Below, piece after piece: positions 60,731 through 64,000 of a stretch of DNA of 64,000 bases. This DNA comes from Leptolyngbyaceae cyanobacterium. Lineage in GTDB: Bacteria > Cyanobacteriota > Cyanobacteriia > Phormidesmidales > Phormidesmidaceae. Made by a program: the position numbers and the translations under genes. Each line of letters starts with the position of its first letter. Position 1 is the stretch's first letter. The DNA is taken from assembly GCA_965263355.1 (NCBI GenBank), contig CBDHHL010000032.1, positions 2,176,001 through 2,240,000 on the forward strand. The letters are read 5' to 3'. Under the pieces are notes generated by a model, which was given only the letters and a program-made list of their open reading frames with translations, had not been told where the DNA came from and did no database searches.

Positions 60731-61552
60731 ATGACTCAAAAAACATTTGCCCAATACGAACAAGAAGGCTGGCAACGCAACGCCGCAACCTATGACACCA
60801 TTGATTTGCCCATAACCCGTCAGGCTGTGGCCCCTATTCTAGAAAGCCTTGGCAATCTGCAAGGTTTGCACATGCTAGAACTTGCCTCAGGCACAGGATA
60901 CCTGGCACAACAGGCAATAGCCCGAGGTGCAATCATAACCGGTATTGATATTTCACCCAAGATGGTAGATCTTGCCCAACAACGGATATCTAAGGGCGCA
61001 ACCTTTTTAGTGGGTGATGCCGCCGCTCTCCCCCTTGAGACAAGCCAGTTTGATGCCGCTGTCTGCAGCTTTGGCTTTCCTCACTTTGCTGAGCCCCAAA
61101 CGGTTTTACAAGAAGCTGCCCGAGTACTAAAGCCTCACGGTATACTGTCATTTACCATTTGGCCAGAACCCGACCCTGACAACAACTTTTTTGGCCTGAT
61201 CAAAAAAGTCTGCAAAACCTATGCCGTAATGGATGTAGACTTACCCCCAGCCCCACCTAGCCGCGCTTTGGCAGATCCAACAATCCGAGAACCAATATTA
61301 ACCAACGCCGGGTTTAGAGATAGTTCCACTCAACCATTAGATCTCCATTGGCCCTTACTGGGTCCCAAAACAATGGTGGATTTTATCCTGAAAGGCTCCG
61401 TACGCACTCGTATGCTCTACGAACGCCAGACACCAGAAATTCAGGCACACATTCGAGATGCGTTGGTTGCAGAAACAATGCCATATATCCAATCTGGGCA
61501 AGAGACTATTCCTTGCCCAGGTCTGTTGGTAACAGCATTCCTGGAGAAATAA
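60731..61552 (+). CDS. class I SAM-dependent methyltransferase
   Basis: LELASGTG, GIDISPKM, GDAAALP..FDA and RVLKPHG motifs. Confidence 0.88.
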   Translation: MTQKTFAQYEQEGWQRNAATYDTIDLPITRQAVAPILESLGNLQGLHMLELASGTGYLAQQAIARGAIITGIDISPKMVDLAQQRISKGATFLVGDAAALPLETSQFDAAVCSFGFPHFAEPQTVLQEAARVLKPHGILSFTIWPEPDPDNNFFGLIKKVCKTYAVMDVDLPPAPPSRALADPTIREPILTNAGFRDSSTQPLDLHWPLLGPKTMVDFILKGSVRTRMLYERQTPEIQAHIRDALVAETMPYIQSGQETIPCPGLLVTAFLEK

Positions 61553-61559
61553 AAACCTG

Positions 61560-61589
61560 CGTAGAGGCATTGCATGCAATGCCTCTACG
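61560..61589. repeat. 30-bp perfect palindrome (GTAGAG REP-like; possible bidirectional terminator)
   Basis: CGTAGAGGCATTGCA/TGCAATGCCTCTACG between convergent genes. Confidence 0.8.
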
Positions 61590-61600
61590 GGAAGGGTCGC

Positions 61601-61846
61601 CTAGGCCACTTTCACCTTCTTGGTCAAAATTGCCATCACCTCATTGGGCCGCCCAGTAGAGATTGGCTTACTCCAATCATTGGGCTCAGCATAGTGTTTG
61701 TTGTGTAACTCTTTGATGGTCAATTGTACGCTGAGCAGACTACCAAAGAGCATATGACGAACAACTTCAAACTGATGCTCGGGTAAGGCTTCTGGGGCAG
61801 GTGGAACTGTGGGTGCAACGGCACCCTGGGTTGGATCGGTAAGCAT
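61601..61846 (-). CDS. small conserved cyanobacterial hypothetical protein
   Basis: VRHMLFGS..TI..LH..YAEPNDWS motif. Confidence 0.6.
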   Translation of the reverse strand: MLTDPTQGAVAPTVPPAPEALPEHQFEVVRHMLFGSLLSVQLTIKELHNKHYAEPNDWSKPISTGRPNEVMAILTKKVKVA

Positions 61847-61933
61847 TCGCTTTAGTCTCCGAAATAATAGTGGTCAAAAAGCTGCGTCAGGAGTACACCT
61901 GATCGCATGCTTAGTATGACTGCCTTCCGGACA

Positions 61934-62473
61934 TTAGTCAACCAAAAAATGTTGTTCTGATAATTTTTCTGAAAACGATGCTTGAAAATTGGCTTGTTTG
62001 GCAATAAGTTCTAAAAATTTTGTTGTGGAACGGTCGGGAGCATAGACGCCATTTTCCCATTCACTAACGGTTTGCCGACGGACCCCCAACTCCTCAGCAA
62101 ACTGGGCTTGGGTAAGGCTCATATGTTTTCGCAGGGCTTTGATGGCATCCTGTTGCCAAACAACAGCCCCATCTTTTTTCTGAATGTTGTATTCTGCCTG
62201 AAATTTACGAAAGGTTGCTCGTTGTTGGGCTAGATCAACGGTGTCAATGTGATAGCCGGCATTGACCCAAGCCTTGGCCTGGAGAGCGCTATTACTATCG
62301 CGATTGCTCCACCAGTTTTTTTTGGTGAATGCTGACGTGGGCAATGAGTTGTCTATCACCGCTTCAATCTGTGAAAAGGCCAGGGTGATTTCTTCTTGAT
62401 TGCATTTTTGTAAATGTTCAAACAGCGGATAGTATTTGCTGCCAGGCTTGATGCTCATCGTAGAAGGGTACAC
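61934..62473 (-). CDS. XRE-family HTH protein with N-terminal SKY.PL..WW.N domain
   Basis: LRKHMSLTQAQFAEELGVRRQTVSEWENG. Confidence 0.82.
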   Translation of the reverse strand: MYPSTMSIKPGSKYYPLFEHLQKCNQEEITLAFSQIEAVIDNSLPTSAFTKKNWWSNRDSNSALQAKAWVNAGYHIDTVDLAQQRATFRKFQAEYNIQKKDGAVVWQQDAIKALRKHMSLTQAQFAEELGVRRQTVSEWENGVYAPDRSTTKFLELIAKQANFQASFSEKLSEQHFLVD

Positions 62474-62510
62474 GGCTTAGCTTCCATAATAAGCGATGGG
62501 TTTAAGTTGC

Positions 62511-64000
62511 TTACAAACCAATCAAAAAGAATGCGGCCCAGTCACGGGGGTTAGGGTGTTCTTCTAAAGTGCTCAGCATGGCCTGACGAAGGGCAACCGC
62601 TTTGTCTGGTTCAGTTTGTAGCTGTTGATAAAACTCGGTCATTAATAGGGCGGTGGCTTCATCGGGCACAGCCCAGAGAGAGGCAACAAGATTGTTGGCC
62701 CCTGCGGCTAAAAAGGACCGGGAGAGACCCACGACGCCATCCCCCGTAATCTGACCTCGGCCTGTATTACAGGCGCTGAGCACCACCAGGTCGGCCTGCA
62801 GGTCAAGCTGCATCACTTCCTGGGCGGTGAGTAGACCATCATCGGGCTGATCGAGATCGCGCCTTTCCCTCGTCGGTGTCAGAGCAATGGCACTACTTAA
62901 CCCATGCTGTTCGTCCATTAAGCCATGGGTAGCCAGATGAATAATATCGGCATCACTCAGCCGTGCGCGGACGGCGGTTTCGGTGGCCGCTGCCCCCAGC
63001 AGAGGGGTGGTGTTGAGGATGGGTGCGATCGCAATTGCCTCCGCCTCGGCCCCCGGCAAATCAGTTAACGGCGTCGGTGGTTCTCCCGCCATCATTGGCA
63101 CCGCAGGCATATCAGGATTACCCACAATCACAGCCGATGCTGCCTTTGCACGATCAATCCCCACCACCAGCGCCTGACCTGATTGATGCATCGAACGCTG
63201 TTGCAAGAAATTAAGGGTTTGTAGTGAGGGGGCCAGGCCCAACGTGTGGTTTTCAATCAAATAGTTACCCTGGGCATCCCGTAAAGCCGGAAACGGCACC
63301 AAAAACAGTTCACGATGGGGCACAATTACCACCTTCTCAGCGGCAGACACTGGCAAATAGTCAGCAATCGGTGCCATGGTCAGCTGGTAAAGCTGTTTTA
63401 GATTAGCCTGCGCCATCCTTGGCGATTGGGACGATTGAGCCGATTGAAAACTGTTATTCCATGGATTAAATCCACGTACCCCTAGACTATCCTGGTTAGC
63501 AATCAGTAGCTCTTTGATCGAATCAGGTTGCTGTGCCAGATCCACCTGCTCAAAATGGACCTCGCCTGTGGGAGTTACCACCCAAATAAATAAGCTCTGA
63601 TCCTCAAATCGACTACGACCGGGGGAGGGGTGACGAATAATGGAATATTGAACCAATGTAGTCGCCTGTTGTTTGGCCAGGGATTTAATCTCGGTGATGC
63701 CCAGTTTTATAACAGGCATCGGGGCGTCCAAGGTTTGTTTAGCCAACAACTCGGCAAAGGCTCTGGCTCGACCCCGTTCTGTCACCACTAAGGCTGCTTC
63801 AATATCTCCCTGCTCAATCAGCACCTGTTGTAGTTGGTCATACAGATAGGACTGAGTCTCAAATAGTGACACCTTATTGATGTCCTGTAGACCGGGCTCC
63901 AATGCTTCAAACTTATCTAGTGCTTTGTACAATATTCTCTGGGCTGTCGGCAGCTTGCCCTGGGCTCGGTCAATGGCAGCCAAACCACTGAGGGCATTGA
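62511..64000 (-). CDS. CHAT (caspase-like) domain protein, 5' part outside window
   Basis: ERGRARAF, IHLATHG, LVVLSACNTG..GDGVVGLSR, SLWAV and WAAF motifs. Confidence 0.9.
   Translation of the reverse strand, partial: NALSGLAAIDRAQGKLPTAQRILYKALDKFEALEPGLQDINKVSLFETQSYLYDQLQQVLIEQGDIEAALVVTERGRARAFAELLAKQTLDAPMPVIKLGITEIKSLAKQQATTLVQYSIIRHPSPGRSRFEDQSLFIWVVTPTGEVHFEQVDLAQQPDSIKELLIANQDSLGVRGFNPWNNSFQSAQSSQSPRMAQANLKQLYQLTMAPIADYLPVSAAEKVVIVPHRELFLVPFPALRDAQGNYLIENHTLGLAPSLQTLNFLQQRSMHQSGQALVVGIDRAKAASAVIVGNPDMPAVPMMAGEPPTPLTDLPGAEAEAIAIAPILNTTPLLGAAATETAVRARLSDADIIHLATHGLMDEQHGLSSAIALTPTRERRDLDQPDDGLLTAQEVMQLDLQADLVVLSACNTGRGQITGDGVVGLSRSFLAAGANNLVASLWAVPDEATALLMTEFYQQLQTEPDKAVALRQAMLSTLEEHPNPRDWAAFFLIGL

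Overview
A 64-kb window from a cyanobacterial chromosome, probably a filamentous Leptolyngbya-like organism, judging by frequent HIP1 GCGATCGC sites, NtcA-type boxes, xisHI and CHAT/NB-ARC-WD40 genes. 1-12.9 kb holds methyltransferase, GNAT and cupin genes plus a divergent nitrogen-scavenging locus: two GlnT-type gamma-glutamyl ligases, a class I glutamine amidotransferase, an AGCS transporter and a decayed Fe-ADH. 13-28.2 kb is an accessory block of beta-helix/tailspike-like, PAN, FG-GAP and tandem-repeat proteins that share a duplicated upstream module and end in an HTH-NB-ARC-WD40 gene. 28.2-40 kb is mostly core genes (2-oxoglutarate decarboxylase/SSADH, folB, proA, mazG) with an Rpn gene and an ABC-ATPase/TOPRIM-like pair. 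40.2-58.2 kb is a decayed island at tRNA-Val(TAC): tyrosine integrase, DISARM drmD, a helicase cut by IS66, then an integrase-less integron cassette array with at least 6 attC sites carrying toxin-antitoxin, nuclease, TIR-REase and xisHI cargo. Three different attC-targeting elements have inserted in the array: an IS110, an IS1111-type IS and a group IIC intron remnant. The most notable observation is the IS110 non-coding end, which appears to encode a bridge RNA with two tandem target-binding loops, both reading attC sequence, plus one donor-binding loop. 58.3-64 kb holds a purine deaminase, a truncated permease, a methyltransferase, an HTH protein and a CHAT protein. All calls come from reading the sequence by eye; no searches or folding programs were run.
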